Assembly (NCBI GenBank): GCA_021791415.1
Contig: JAJYWQ010000064.1
Location: 4,476 to 68,475, forward strand
Direction of reading: 5' to 3'
Length of the DNA stretch: 64,000 nt
Source of the DNA: a bacterium
Lineage (GTDB): Bacteria; Chloroflexota; Dormibacteria; Aeolococcales; Bog-877
A program made the translations under genes and the position numbers. Positions 19,248-28,998 of this stretch are shown piece after piece (positions within the stretch are counted from its first letter, which is position 1; each line of letters starts with the position of its first letter). A model generated the notes under the pieces. It saw nothing but the letters and a program-made list of their open reading frames with translations, was not told where the DNA came from and did no database searches.

Positions 19248-20083
19248 GCTCCACTCCCGCGGGCGGTCCGGGCTCGGCCCCCGTCGCCGAGGCATTGGCG
19301 GGCACGAGCAAGAGCGGCGCCGGGGACGGCCCCATCCTGAGGGTCGCCAGCCTCTCCCGCCAGTACGGGGGGGTGCGGGCTGTGGATGGGGTGTCCTTCG
19401 AGCTCCTACCGGGCACCATCACCGGGATCATTGGCCCCAATGGCGCCGGGAAGTCGACGGTGCTCACGGTAGTCAGCGGCTTCATCTCCCCGAGCGCCGG
19501 CACCATCGAGTTCCTGGGGCGGGACGTCACCCGGCTGCCCATGCACCGCAGAGCCCAGATGGGGCTGGTGCGCACGTTCCAGATAGCCCGAGTCTTCGAG
19601 GGGCTCACAGCCATCGAGAACCTCATGGTGGCCGTCCCCCAGCAGCGATCCCTCACCCCGATGGGACTGCTGCGGGGCAAGCGCTACTGGCGGTCCGAGG
19701 AGCAGGAGATTCTGGAGCGGGCCTGGACGCTCATGAACACCTTCGGGATGGCGGACAAGGCCAATGAGAAGGCGGGGCGGCTGAGCGGGGGTCAGCGGCG
19801 AGCGGTGGAGATCATGCGAGCGCTGATGATGCGCCCCAAGCTCCTCCTGGTGGATGAGCCCATGGCCGGCCTGAACCCCAAGCTGAGCCGCGAGCTGGAG
19901 GACGTCTTCCTTTCCCTGCGTGAGCAAGGACTCAGCATTTTGATCATCGAGCACGAGCTGGACACGGTGGAGCGGATCTGCTCCGAGGTGCTGGTCATGG
20001 CCTGGGGCAAGGTGATCGCTCGAGGCGAGATGGCGGAGCTCCGGACCCGCAAGGAGGTTCAGGACGCCTATGTCGTCGGCTGA
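19244..20083 (+). CDS. ABC transporter ATP-binding protein (LivG type)
   Basis: C-terminal part of track ORF 18941..20083. Walker A GPNGAGKST, signature LSGGQRR, Walker B LLLVDEP. Start uncertain (TTG ~19244 overlapping the upstream stop, or later). Confidence 0.85.
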   Translation: MSSTPAGGPGSAPVAEALAGTSKSGAGDGPILRVASLSRQYGGVRAVDGVSFELLPGTITGIIGPNGAGKSTVLTVVSGFISPSAGTIEFLGRDVTRLPMHRRAQMGLVRTFQIARVFEGLTAIENLMVAVPQQRSLTPMGLLRGKRYWRSEEQEILERAWTLMNTFGMADKANEKAGRLSGGQRRAVEIMRALMMRPKLLLVDEPMAGLNPKLSRELEDVFLSLREQGLSILIIEHELDTVERICSEVLVMAWGKVIARGEMAELRTRKEVQDAYVVG

Positions 20084-20831
20084 GACGCCCGCCCTGGAGG
20101 TGAGGAACCTGGTCGCCGGGTATGGCGACTATCCCGTGGTGGACGGGGTCAGCCTGACCGTTCCCCATGGACAGGTGGTGGCGGTCGCGGGCCCCAATGG
20201 AGCCGGCAAGAGCACCCTGCTCAAGGCGATGCTGGGCCTGGTCCGGATCCTCTCCGGGAGCGTCCTGCTCGAGGGCGAGGACGTCACCGGTGCCCCGCTG
20301 GAACGTCTGGCCCGGCTGGGGGTCGGATATGTGCCCCAACTGGACGATGTCTTCGACTCCCTGAAGGTGATCGAGAACCTGGAGATGGGTGGGTACCTCT
20401 GCGATCGAGCCGAGCGCCAGCGGCGCATCGAGCAGGTGCTGGAGATCTTCCCAGTCCTGCGCGGCAAGCTCCACCGCTATGCGGAGACCCTGAGCGGCGG
20501 CGAGCGCAAGATGACCGCCATCGCTCGGGTCCTGATGCTGGATCCCAAGGTCCTCGTCCTGGACGAGCCCACGGCCAGCCTCAGCCCGGAGATGTCCCGG
20601 GTGGTGCTGGAGGAGCAGGTCAGGCCCCTCAGCCGCCTGGGCAAGTCGGTGCTGCTCGTGGAGCAGAAGGCGGTGGCGGCGCTGGAGGTCGCGGACTGGG
20701 CCTGCCTTCTGGTGCGGGGGAAGGTGGAGGTGTCGGCGCCCGCCGCCGAGGTGCTCGCCGATCCCAACATGCGGGAGATCTTCCTGGGGCGGGCTCCCGC
20801 CGCCGCGGCCGAGGTGGCCGGCCCGGAGTGA
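20070..20831 (+). CDS. ABC transporter ATP-binding protein (LivF type)
   Basis: 253 aa. Walker A GPNGAGKSTLL, signature LSGGERK, Walker B LVLDEP. Confidence 0.85.
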   Translation: MSSAETPALEVRNLVAGYGDYPVVDGVSLTVPHGQVVAVAGPNGAGKSTLLKAMLGLVRILSGSVLLEGEDVTGAPLERLARLGVGYVPQLDDVFDSLKVIENLEMGGYLCDRAERQRRIEQVLEIFPVLRGKLHRYAETLSGGERKMTAIARVLMLDPKVLVLDEPTASLSPEMSRVVLEEQVRPLSRLGKSVLLVEQKAVAALEVADWACLLVRGKVEVSAPAAEVLADPNMREIFLGRAPAAAAEVAGPE

Positions 20832-22480
20832 ACGGGGCCGACGCTTTCCTGGAGGCGCTGCGCAGCCACGGGGTGGACACCCTCTTCGGCCTCCCCGGGT
20901 CGACCGAAGCACCGCTCCTCGAGGCTCTGCGCCAGGCAGGGGACATCCGCTATGTGCTCAGCCTCCACGAGGGCGTGGCCACGGCGATGGCCGACGGCTA
21001 CGCCAGGGCCTCGGGACGGCCCGCGGTCGTCGGCCTGCACACCACCGTGGGGACGATGAACGGCATGAGCCAGCTGTTCAACGCCGCCAGGGATGGAGTC
21101 CCTGTGGTGATGACCGCGGGTCATAAGGACCGGACGGTGCTGGCGGAGGACGGCTTCTGCTCCTTCCCGGACCTGGCAGCCCTTCTCCGCCCCTTCACCA
21201 AGCGCTCGCATCAGACCCTCTCCGCCGAGCAGATCGGACCCGACCTGGCAAGGGCGCTGACCGCGGCCACCGCGCCTCCCGCCGGGCCGACCTTCCTGGC
21301 GGTTCCCGAGGACCTCATGGCGGCTCCCCTGGAGCGGCCCCTCAAGGCTGCCCAACTCCCCGGCGTGGCTCACCGGTTCCCGCCCGCCTGTGACCCGGCG
21401 CAGCTCGAGGCGGCTGCCCGGCTCCTGCTCTCCGCCCGCCGCCCGCTCATGGTCCTGGGCACCGCGGCGGCCTCAGCTGCTGAGCCGGCCCGCCAGCTCG
21501 CCCAGGAGCTGGGTATGGCGGTGGTGGTGGCGGAGCTCACCGACCTGGCCCGGGCCACCTACCCCACCGACTCACCGGAGTTCCTCGGAGCCTATGGGGA
21601 CCAGGAGGAGGCCCTCGAGGGATGCGACTTGGTGCTGGCGGCGGGGTGCCGGATGTTCTACCCCTTCTCCGCCCGGCTGCGTCCGCGCTGGCCGGCCGGA
21701 GCGCGCCTCCTCCACGTGCATCCCGACCCCAGCCTGCTGGGGGTCAACCTGCCCACGGAGCTGGCCGTGGCCGCCGAACCCAGCGGCTTCCTTGAGGGAG
21801 TCCTCCGAGCTTGCCGAGCGCTGGGGCCAGGCCCAGGGGCGGCACCCGAGGGTCGGAGCTGGTTGGACGAGCTGGCACGGAAGAGGGCGGCGTCGCTGGG
21901 CCGGGAGCTGGATGCCTCTCGCGGCCACGCCCCCACGGCGGTGGCGGACCTGGCTGCGGAGCTCAAGCGAGTGGTGCCAGTCGGCTCCCTCCTGGTGGAG
22001 GAGGGGGTCCGAGCCTCGCGCCTCATCCTCCGCCACCTGGGGATCCCCCGCGAGGGCGAGCTCTGGCGGAGCAGCGGGGGGGCGCTGGGCTGGGGCCTGC
22101 CGGCGGCCGTGGGGGCGAAGCTGGCCCAGCCGGACCGGCCGGTGGTTCTCCTGGTCGGGGACGGGACCCTGCACTTCTCGGTGCAGGCGCTCTGGACCGC
22201 GGTCGCCGAGAAGGCGGGGTTGGTGGCGGTGGTCCTGGACAACGGCGGCTATCTGGCGGTGAAGCGCGCCATCGAGAACATGCTTGGAGTGGCGGAGGAC
22301 CCGCGAGAGCATCCCGGGACCGAGCTGCCGGGGATCGACCACCTGGCCGCCGCCCGGGCGTACGGAGCGCGGGCCGTCGCCGCAACCAGCGCCTCCGAGG
22401 TGTCCGAGGCGGTGCGGGAAGGATTGGCGGAGGGCGGGGTCCATGTGGTGGTGGCACCGGTCGCCCGGATCCGCCCCTAG
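20828..22480 (+). CDS. thiamine-diphosphate-dependent enzyme, benzoylformate decarboxylase-like
   Basis: 550 aa. N-terminal region colinear with MdlC-type BFD (GVDTLFGLPGS...DGYARASGRPAVVGLHTTVGTMNG). C-terminal TPP-binding GDGTLHFSVQALWTA. GTGA overlap with the LivF-type gene. Confidence 0.75.
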   Translation: MNGADAFLEALRSHGVDTLFGLPGSTEAPLLEALRQAGDIRYVLSLHEGVATAMADGYARASGRPAVVGLHTTVGTMNGMSQLFNAARDGVPVVMTAGHKDRTVLAEDGFCSFPDLAALLRPFTKRSHQTLSAEQIGPDLARALTAATAPPAGPTFLAVPEDLMAAPLERPLKAAQLPGVAHRFPPACDPAQLEAAARLLLSARRPLMVLGTAAASAAEPARQLAQELGMAVVVAELTDLARATYPTDSPEFLGAYGDQEEALEGCDLVLAAGCRMFYPFSARLRPRWPAGARLLHVHPDPSLLGVNLPTELAVAAEPSGFLEGVLRACRALGPGPGAAPEGRSWLDELARKRAASLGRELDASRGHAPTAVADLAAELKRVVPVGSLLVEEGVRASRLILRHLGIPREGELWRSSGGALGWGLPAAVGAKLAQPDRPVVLLVGDGTLHFSVQALWTAVAEKAGLVAVVLDNGGYLAVKRAIENMLGVAEDPREHPGTELPGIDHLAAARAYGARAVAATSASEVSEAVREGLAEGGVHVVVAPVARIRP

Positions 22481-22499
22481 GCGGGAAGGAGGAAGGCGG

Positions 22500-24272
22500 A
22501 TGTTCGGAGTCGATTGGAGGCTGTCAGAGCGCCGCTACCAGTTCTCGGAGGAGACCGACTTCCGAGTGCCGCTGGCGGACGGCAACCACCTCCAGGGGGT
22601 GCTCTTCCGGCCCCGCTCGACCGAGCCGGTCCCCGTCCTGCTCAGCGTCCACGCCTACAACAACGAGTACCAGACGGCGCCCATCCAACCCGCTGGATTC
22701 GGCTACCAGCGGGGCTGGATCGAAGCCGGCGATCCCACCTTCTTCGCCCGGAGGGGGTACGCCCATGCCATCCTCAACGTGCGCGGAATCGGCGCCTCTA
22801 GCGGCGAGTTCCAGGCCATGGGCCGGCGCGAGGTGCTGGACGTGGCCGAGGCGATCGAGTGGCTCGCGGCCCAGCCGTGGTGCAGTGGCCAGGTGGGGAT
22901 GTTCGGGGTCTCCTACTTCGCCTCCATCCAGATCCACGTGGCGATGCTGCGCCCACCGTCGCTGCGGGCCATCTTCGCCCCCTTTGGGCTCACGGACTTC
23001 TACCGGGACATGTGGTACCACGGAGGGATCCTCAACCACCGGTTCCTGCTCCAGTGGAAGGACAAGTTCGACAACGTCCGCTACCAGAGCGTGGTTCGTC
23101 GGGAGCTGGGCGAGGAGGCCTACCGCGCGGCGGTGGCCAGAGCGCTGGCCGACGAGGAGATCGCCGAGGTGCCGCAGTTGGTGGAGGCGCTGCGCGACCC
23201 GGTGGGCGGAAATGGGCTGGTCGCCGACATCGTGCTGCAGCCGTTGGACTGCCCTTTCCATGAGGAGAGGCGGGTCGACTACCGAGCCACGGAGGTTCCC
23301 GCCTACCTGGGAGCGTGCTGGGGGCTCTTCGGCCTCCACCTTCCCGCGGCCTTCCGCAGTTTCGAGAGCTGGCGCGGTCCCAAGAAGCTCCTGGTCGGGC
23401 CGGCGCTCTACCTCGATCGCCCCTTCTACCAGCTGCACCTGGAGGCCCTCAGGTGGTTCGACCACTGGCTGCTGGGCAACGACACGGGGTTCATGGAGGA
23501 GGCGCCGATCAGGCTCTTCCTACCGGGCGCGGACACTTGGCTGGAGGCGGCCAGCTGGCCGCTGGCGCAGACGAGGTGGACTCCCTTCCTGCTCCATGAG
23601 CAGGGCCTCCTGTCCGAGCACGAGCTCTGGCCCGGCGAGCATTCCACAGGGTTCGAGGACTCGCCGTTCGGCCATGGTGAGGCGGTCTTCCTCTCCCCGC
23701 CGCTGGTGGAGGAGACCGACGTCCTCGGCCCGATGACGCTGGACCTGCACCTGAGCACCACTGACCGCGAGGCCCTGGTGTTCGCCTCCGTCTTTGATCG
23801 CTTCCCCGACGGCAGGGAGGAGGAGCTGACGCGAGGATGGCTACGGGCCAGCTCCGCGGAGCTGGACCCCCAGCGCTCCAGCCCTTGGCGGCCCGAGCCG
23901 CTGCTCAGGACACGCCGACCTCTGGAGCCCGGTGAGGTCTACCGCCTGCAGGTCGCCCTGGCCCCGGGTGCCCGCCGGATGCGGCCGGGGGAGCGGCTGG
24001 GCCTGCGCATCAAGGCCGCGGACGACGAGCATCCGCCGGACGCCATCCGCGGCGCCGGGTACGGGCATCTTCAGCGGTCCACCGCCGCCCGACTCCGGGT
24101 CCACCACAGTGAGTCCCACCCCTCGGTCCTCCACGTCCCGGTGGTCAGGGGCAACGTGCTGGGCACCTTCCTCTCCGGCGGCCAACTCCCGCCGGCGGTG
24201 GGTCCGCTGCCCATGGCCAAGTTCCGCCAGCCGAAGGGAGCGGCGGGGAGTGGCCCGGGGTCCGCATCGTGA
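22500..24272 (+). CDS. CocE/NonD-family hydrolase (S15 X-Pro dipeptidyl-peptidase/cocaine-esterase fold)
   Basis: Track ORF 22284..24272. ATG ~22500 after a GGAAGGAGGAAGG SD. GVSYFAS nucleophile motif and S15-family length (590 aa). Confidence 0.8.
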   Translation: MFGVDWRLSERRYQFSEETDFRVPLADGNHLQGVLFRPRSTEPVPVLLSVHAYNNEYQTAPIQPAGFGYQRGWIEAGDPTFFARRGYAHAILNVRGIGASSGEFQAMGRREVLDVAEAIEWLAAQPWCSGQVGMFGVSYFASIQIHVAMLRPPSLRAIFAPFGLTDFYRDMWYHGGILNHRFLLQWKDKFDNVRYQSVVRRELGEEAYRAAVARALADEEIAEVPQLVEALRDPVGGNGLVADIVLQPLDCPFHEERRVDYRATEVPAYLGACWGLFGLHLPAAFRSFESWRGPKKLLVGPALYLDRPFYQLHLEALRWFDHWLLGNDTGFMEEAPIRLFLPGADTWLEAASWPLAQTRWTPFLLHEQGLLSEHELWPGEHSTGFEDSPFGHGEAVFLSPPLVEETDVLGPMTLDLHLSTTDREALVFASVFDRFPDGREEELTRGWLRASSAELDPQRSSPWRPEPLLRTRRPLEPGEVYRLQVALAPGARRMRPGERLGLRIKAADDEHPPDAIRGAGYGHLQRSTAARLRVHHSESHPSVLHVPVVRGNVLGTFLSGGQLPPAVGPLPMAKFRQPKGAAGSGPGSAS

Positions 24273-25282
24273 CCGCACCACTGGGGCTGATGCTCCACAC
24301 CGGGGACATGCCCTACCGTGAGATCGAGCGATACGCCCAGGAGGCGGAGCGGGTCGGGTACCAGCAGCTCCTGCTCACCGAGGAGTCGGGGAAGGAGGCC
24401 TTTTCGCTGCTCGCGGTCTTGGCCGGGAAAACCAGCCGGATCCGGCTGGGCACCGGGATCGTGAGCTTCTACACCAGGACCCCGACCCTCCTGGCCATGG
24501 CGGCCCGCTCCCTCTCCGAGCTCTCCGGCGGTCGCTTCGGGCCGCTGGGACTGGGGACCGGCGGGATCGGCTTCATGCGGCGGGGCCACGGGGTGGAGCT
24601 GGAGCTGCCGGTGGCGCGGGCCAGGGAGTCCGTGGAGATCGTGCGCAGTCTCCTCAACGAGCCCCGCACCAGCTATCCGGGACGCTGGTTCAAGGTGGAC
24701 GACTTCCATCTGCGCGAGGGGCCGCTCCCCCACGGCCATGGGGTCGACATCTGGCTGGCGGCCCTCGGGCCCCAGATGGCGACCATGGCCGGGAAGGTGG
24801 CCGACGGGCTCATCACCAACTGGCTGATTCCCGAGTCGCTGGCCGAATTTCGTCACCTGGTGGCCGCCGGGGCGGCCAAGTCCGGGCGCGACCCCGGCCA
24901 GGTCGCCATGGCCAGCCTCACCATGGTCTGCGCGGACCCCGGCGACGAGGAGGCGGTCATGGCGGCCCGACGCGGGGTGGCCTTCTACTGCGCGAGTCCC
25001 CACTACCACCACATCGCTGATCTCGCCGGGCTCAGGGGGGACGCGGAACGGGTCTTCGAGGCCTGGGAGGCGCGAGAGTTCGACCGCGCCGCTCACCTGG
25101 TGAGCGACCGGCTGCTCGAGCGGTTCACCCTCGCGGGTTCTGACCAGGACTCCAGCCTCCGCCTGCGCTGGATGATGGACGAGGGGGTGATGCCGGTCAT
25201 CTACCCGCTGCCCCGCCGCTCCCGGATGGTGGAGGACCACTTCTCGATCCTCCAGCGAGCCAGATCCTGGGCCGGGGAGTGA
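24269..25282 (+). CDS. LLM-class flavin/F420-dependent oxidoreductase (luciferase-like monooxygenase)
   Basis: 337 aa, TIM-barrel LLM-like sequence. Start overlaps the upstream stop. Confidence 0.75.
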   Translation: MTAPLGLMLHTGDMPYREIERYAQEAERVGYQQLLLTEESGKEAFSLLAVLAGKTSRIRLGTGIVSFYTRTPTLLAMAARSLSELSGGRFGPLGLGTGGIGFMRRGHGVELELPVARARESVEIVRSLLNEPRTSYPGRWFKVDDFHLREGPLPHGHGVDIWLAALGPQMATMAGKVADGLITNWLIPESLAEFRHLVAAGAAKSGRDPGQVAMASLTMVCADPGDEEAVMAARRGVAFYCASPHYHHIADLAGLRGDAERVFEAWEAREFDRAAHLVSDRLLERFTLAGSDQDSSLRLRWMMDEGVMPVIYPLPRRSRMVEDHFSILQRARSWAGE

Positions 25283-26946
25283 CCTTGGACGGGGTGGTCC
25301 CCTTCCCGGCCCGCGAGGCGGCCCGCTACCGCCGCCTTGGCTACTGGGAGGGCCGCCCCCTCTGGGACGCGTTCGAGGAGTGCTTCGCCACCTTCGGGCC
25401 CAGCCCGGCAGTCATGTCCCAGGGCGAGGTGTGGACCTTCTCCGAGCTGGCGGCAGGGACCGAACGGCTGGCGCTCAACCTCCTGGACCTGGGGGTGGGG
25501 CCGCGGGCCCCGGTCGTGGTGCAATTGCCCAACAGCGTGGAGTTCGTCCTGCTGTACTTCGCCCTGCAACGGCTGGGGGCGATCCCGCTGCTCGCGCTTC
25601 CCGGGCACCGGGAATACGAGATCGGCCACTACGTGAGATTCATCGAGGCCGTCGCGTACGCCGCCCCATCCCGCCTGGGAGAGCTGGACTGCCTCGCCCT
25701 GGCGGCCCAGCTGCGGACCCAGGGCCCGGGCCTCCGGTTGATGCTGGTCCAGGGGGCCACCCCCGGTGACGAGGGGGTGGTGGGGATCCGCCAGCTGCTG
25801 GACCGCGAGCCACGTTCCGCCCCCGGAGCCCTGCGCCGTCTGGAGATCGACCCCACTGATCCCTGTGTCTTCCAGCTCTCGGGAGGCACCACCGGGATCC
25901 CCAAGGTGATCCCCCGGACCCACAACGACTACCTCTACAACAGCCGCCTCATCGCTGGGGTGAACGACATCCGCGCGTCTGATCGGCTGCTGGTGGCCGC
26001 TCCGATCGGACACAACTTCCCCCTGGCGTCGCCGGGCATCCAGGGATTCTTCCTCAATGGGGCCGCCGCCGTGCTGGCCCCCAGTGCCCGCACCGAGGTG
26101 GCCCTTTCCCTCATCGAGCGTCATGGCGTGACCCATTTGGAGGTGGTGCCCGCCATGATCCTGTCCTGGCTGGCCGAGGAGGGCCCTGCTCGATTCCGCC
26201 TGGACTCGGTGCGGGTGGTGAACAGCGGGGGCCAGAAGTTTCAGCCCGAGACCAAGCGCCGCACCGAGGCGGCCTTTCCCAAAGCCAAGGTCCAGGAGGT
26301 CTTCGGGATGGCGGAGGGGCTCCTGATGATCACCCGCCTCGACGACCCGCAGGAGGTGAGGTGGGAGACTGCCGGGCGGCCGATCTGCCCGGATGACGAG
26401 GTTCGCCTGGTGGACGAAGATGGCCAGGACGTCCCAGATGGCGAGATCGGCGAGCTGATCTGCCGGGGCCCCTACACCCTTCGGGGCTACTACCGGGCGC
26501 CGGAGGCCAATCGCCGCTCCTTCACCCCGGAGGGGTTCTACTGCTCGGGGGACCTGCTCCGCCGCCACCCTTCGGGCAACTACGTCGTGGAGGGTCGAAA
26601 GAAGGACCTCATCAACCGGGGCGGGGAGAAGATCAGCGCCGAGGAGGTGGAGGACATGCTCCTCGGCCATCCCGAGGTGGCCAACGTGGCCTGCGTTCCC
26701 ATCCCCGACCCCATCCTAGGAGAGCGGATGTGCGCCTTCGTCCAGCCGCTCGGAAGGAGAGCGCCTTCCCTGGAGGAGCTCACCTCTTTGCTCCGGGAGC
26801 GGGGCCTCGCCCGCTTCAAGCACCCGGAACGGCTGGAGGTGGTGGCCGAGCTGCCGCTCTCCCCGTTCGGCAAGGTTCAGAAGTCTGTCCTGGCGCGGCG
26901 CGCCGCCGAGCTCGCCGGACGGCCAACGGAGGCAACCCAGCTATGA
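25279..26946 (+). CDS. aryl-acid adenylating enzyme, (2,3-dihydroxybenzoate/salicylate)-AMP ligase family (EntE/DhbE-like)
   Basis: 555 aa. FQLSGGTTGIPKVIPRTHNDYLYN core motif and N-terminus (FPAREAARYRRLGYWEG) colinear with EntE/DhbE. Start overlaps the upstream stop. Confidence 0.85.
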   Translation: MTLDGVVPFPAREAARYRRLGYWEGRPLWDAFEECFATFGPSPAVMSQGEVWTFSELAAGTERLALNLLDLGVGPRAPVVVQLPNSVEFVLLYFALQRLGAIPLLALPGHREYEIGHYVRFIEAVAYAAPSRLGELDCLALAAQLRTQGPGLRLMLVQGATPGDEGVVGIRQLLDREPRSAPGALRRLEIDPTDPCVFQLSGGTTGIPKVIPRTHNDYLYNSRLIAGVNDIRASDRLLVAAPIGHNFPLASPGIQGFFLNGAAAVLAPSARTEVALSLIERHGVTHLEVVPAMILSWLAEEGPARFRLDSVRVVNSGGQKFQPETKRRTEAAFPKAKVQEVFGMAEGLLMITRLDDPQEVRWETAGRPICPDDEVRLVDEDGQDVPDGEIGELICRGPYTLRGYYRAPEANRRSFTPEGFYCSGDLLRRHPSGNYVVEGRKKDLINRGGEKISAEEVEDMLLGHPEVANVACVPIPDPILGERMCAFVQPLGRRAPSLEELTSLLRERGLARFKHPERLEVVAELPLSPFGKVQKSVLARRAAELAGRPTEATQL

Positions 26947-27950
26947 TCATCGACGCCTATTCCCACGTCTGCCCGGCCCGGCTCACGGACGCCATCGGCC
27001 GGGAGTATCCCAGCGCAGAGGCGGCGGCCCTGGACGGCAAACCGCTCCTCCGGGACGCCGACGAGCGCATCCGCTTCATGGACGAGGTCGGGGTGGACGT
27101 CCAGGTGCTGGTGCTGGTCCGGCCGCCTATGTGGCTGGGCATGCCTTCCGAGGTGATGTACCGGATGATGCGCGAGGCCCATCTGGGCATCGCCGCCATG
27201 GTCGAGGAGCATCCCGACCGCTTCATCGGCACCGCGGTGGCGCCCACCTGCGACGACCGGGTGCTCGAGGAGCTGCGCTTCGCCTGGGACGAGCTGGGGC
27301 TGGTGGGCGCCGAGATCTTCTCCAACGTTGAGGGTCAGCCGCTGGACTCGCCCCATATGTGGCCCTTGTACGAGGAGGCGGAGCGCCGGTCGATGCCGCT
27401 CTGGATCCACCCGCAGCACACCTCCTATCTATACCCCTGGATCAAGGAGTCTCTTCTAGACAGGAGCCTGGGCTGGCCCTTCGACACCTCTCTGGCGATG
27501 CTCCGGCTGGTCTACGGAGGGGTGATGGAGAGGTTCCCCAACCTGCGGATCATCACCCACCACCTGGGCGGGATGATCCCCTACTACGGCGCCCGGCTGG
27601 CGTCCTTTGACACCGAGATCGCCGAGTACCGCAGCCGCAACCTCACCGGCGGCCCGGACGTGGCCCTCAGCGCCCCGGTGACCGAGTACCTGCGCCGCTT
27701 CTACAACGACACCTCGATCAACTACAGCCCCGCCACCCTCAGCTGCGGGCTGGACTTCTTCGGGGGCGAGCACGTGCTCTTCGGGACCGACTTCCCCATG
27801 GGCTCGCTGGACGGCGGAGCCGGCACCAGGGAGGCGCTGCGCGCCATCCAGGACTGCCCGCTCACACCCGAGGTGAGGAGCCAGCTCCTGGAGGGAAACG
27901 CCCGCCGGCTGCTCCTGGAGGCAGCTCCCGCGATCCGGGCCCTGCGATGA
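26943..27950 (+). CDS. amidohydrolase-2 family protein (ACMSD/hydroxybenzoate decarboxylase-like)
   Basis: C-terminal 335 aa of track ORF 26730..27950 starting at MIIDAYSHV. ATGA overlap with the ligase stop. IHPQH and HHLGG metal-ligand motifs. Confidence 0.8.
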   Translation: MIIDAYSHVCPARLTDAIGREYPSAEAAALDGKPLLRDADERIRFMDEVGVDVQVLVLVRPPMWLGMPSEVMYRMMREAHLGIAAMVEEHPDRFIGTAVAPTCDDRVLEELRFAWDELGLVGAEIFSNVEGQPLDSPHMWPLYEEAERRSMPLWIHPQHTSYLYPWIKESLLDRSLGWPFDTSLAMLRLVYGGVMERFPNLRIITHHLGGMIPYYGARLASFDTEIAEYRSRNLTGGPDVALSAPVTEYLRRFYNDTSINYSPATLSCGLDFFGGEHVLFGTDFPMGSLDGGAGTREALRAIQDCPLTPEVRSQLLEGNARRLLLEAAPAIRALR

Positions 27951-28037
27951 GGCCCGCGACCACACGCCAGCGGCGGCCATATCATGATGGGGCCGCAGTG
28001 GGAGCCGGAAAGGCTGCGCCGGACCTCGGGGAGGAAC

Positions 28038-28913
28038 ATGGGGCCTATGGCCAGCGATAGCGCCAGGGTAGCCGAGGAGCTCGTGCGCCTCGGCTTCTCC
28101 AGCTACGAGGCCCGCACCTACCTGGGGCTGCTGCTGGCGGGGGAGAGCACCGGATACAAGATCTCCAACCAGACCGGTGTGCCCCAGCCGAAGGTTTACG
28201 AGACACTTCGGCGGCTGGTCGACGAGGGTGCCGCCATCCAGGTGAACGCCCGCCCCGCCCGCTACGCCGCGGTGCCCCCGCCCGAACTCCTGAGCCGGCT
28301 GGAGCGAGACTTCCGCCGCCGGCTGGAGCAGGCGCGCTCTGGGCTGGACGAGCTGCCGACGTCGGAAGACGGGGTGGGAAGCCTCTTGGTCAGCAGGCTC
28401 TCCAGCATCGCCACCGCCCTCGAGCGCACGCGGGAGGCGATCGAGGGGGCGAGGGTCAGGGTCTACCTCCACGCCGGTCGGGAGGAGCTCCGCCCCCTGG
28501 CACCAGCTGTGAGCCAGGCTGCGGCCCGTGGGGTGGAGTTCGTGCTGGTGCACTTCGGCTCGTTGCCCTTCCCCACCCCGCCGGGGCGGGCAGTCCGCCA
28601 TGCCAGCACCGAGGGGGCCGTGTACTCCTCGCGAGCGGTGCGGCACCTGGCAGCGGTGGTGGACTCCCGATGGGGGCTGTGGGTGCTGGCGCGCAAGGGC
28701 CAGCCGGACCAGGGCTTCTGCGCCGAGAGCCCCCTCCTGGCCAGCCTGGTGAAGACCTACATCCGCCACGACCTCTTCGTCCAGCGCATTTACTCCGACT
28801 TCCCCAGTGAGCTCGAGGAGCAGTACGGCCCAGGGCTGCTCAGCCTGACGGAATTCTCCGGGGAGGACCCTTCTGAGGAGGTCCTCGAGGAGACGGCCGA
28901 CCGGGTGGGCTGA
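28038..28913 (+). CDS. TrmB-family transcriptional regulator
   Basis: Track ORF 27984..28913. Winged-HTH SYEARTYLGLLLAGESTGYKISNQTGVPQPKVYETLRRL. Start approximate. Confidence 0.6.
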   Translation: MGPMASDSARVAEELVRLGFSSYEARTYLGLLLAGESTGYKISNQTGVPQPKVYETLRRLVDEGAAIQVNARPARYAAVPPPELLSRLERDFRRRLEQARSGLDELPTSEDGVGSLLVSRLSSIATALERTREAIEGARVRVYLHAGREELRPLAPAVSQAAARGVEFVLVHFGSLPFPTPPGRAVRHASTEGAVYSSRAVRHLAAVVDSRWGLWVLARKGQPDQGFCAESPLLASLVKTYIRHDLFVQRIYSDFPSELEEQYGPGLLSLTEFSGEDPSEEVLEETADRVG

Positions 28914-28998
28914 CCGGGAAAGCTACCCACCGAGGTAGGTATCCTTGGGGGGTGCGCCCTGGCGGATCGGGCGCGCTATCAGAGGAGTGCCAAAGCCC

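Noticed and set aside
22284-22499. Upstream extension of the CocE/NonD ORF (MEWRRTRESIPG...)
   Set aside because: It overlaps the 3' end of the TPP enzyme gene. A strong SD (GGAAGGAGGAAGG) sits immediately before the internal ATG at ~22500, and family alignment starts there.
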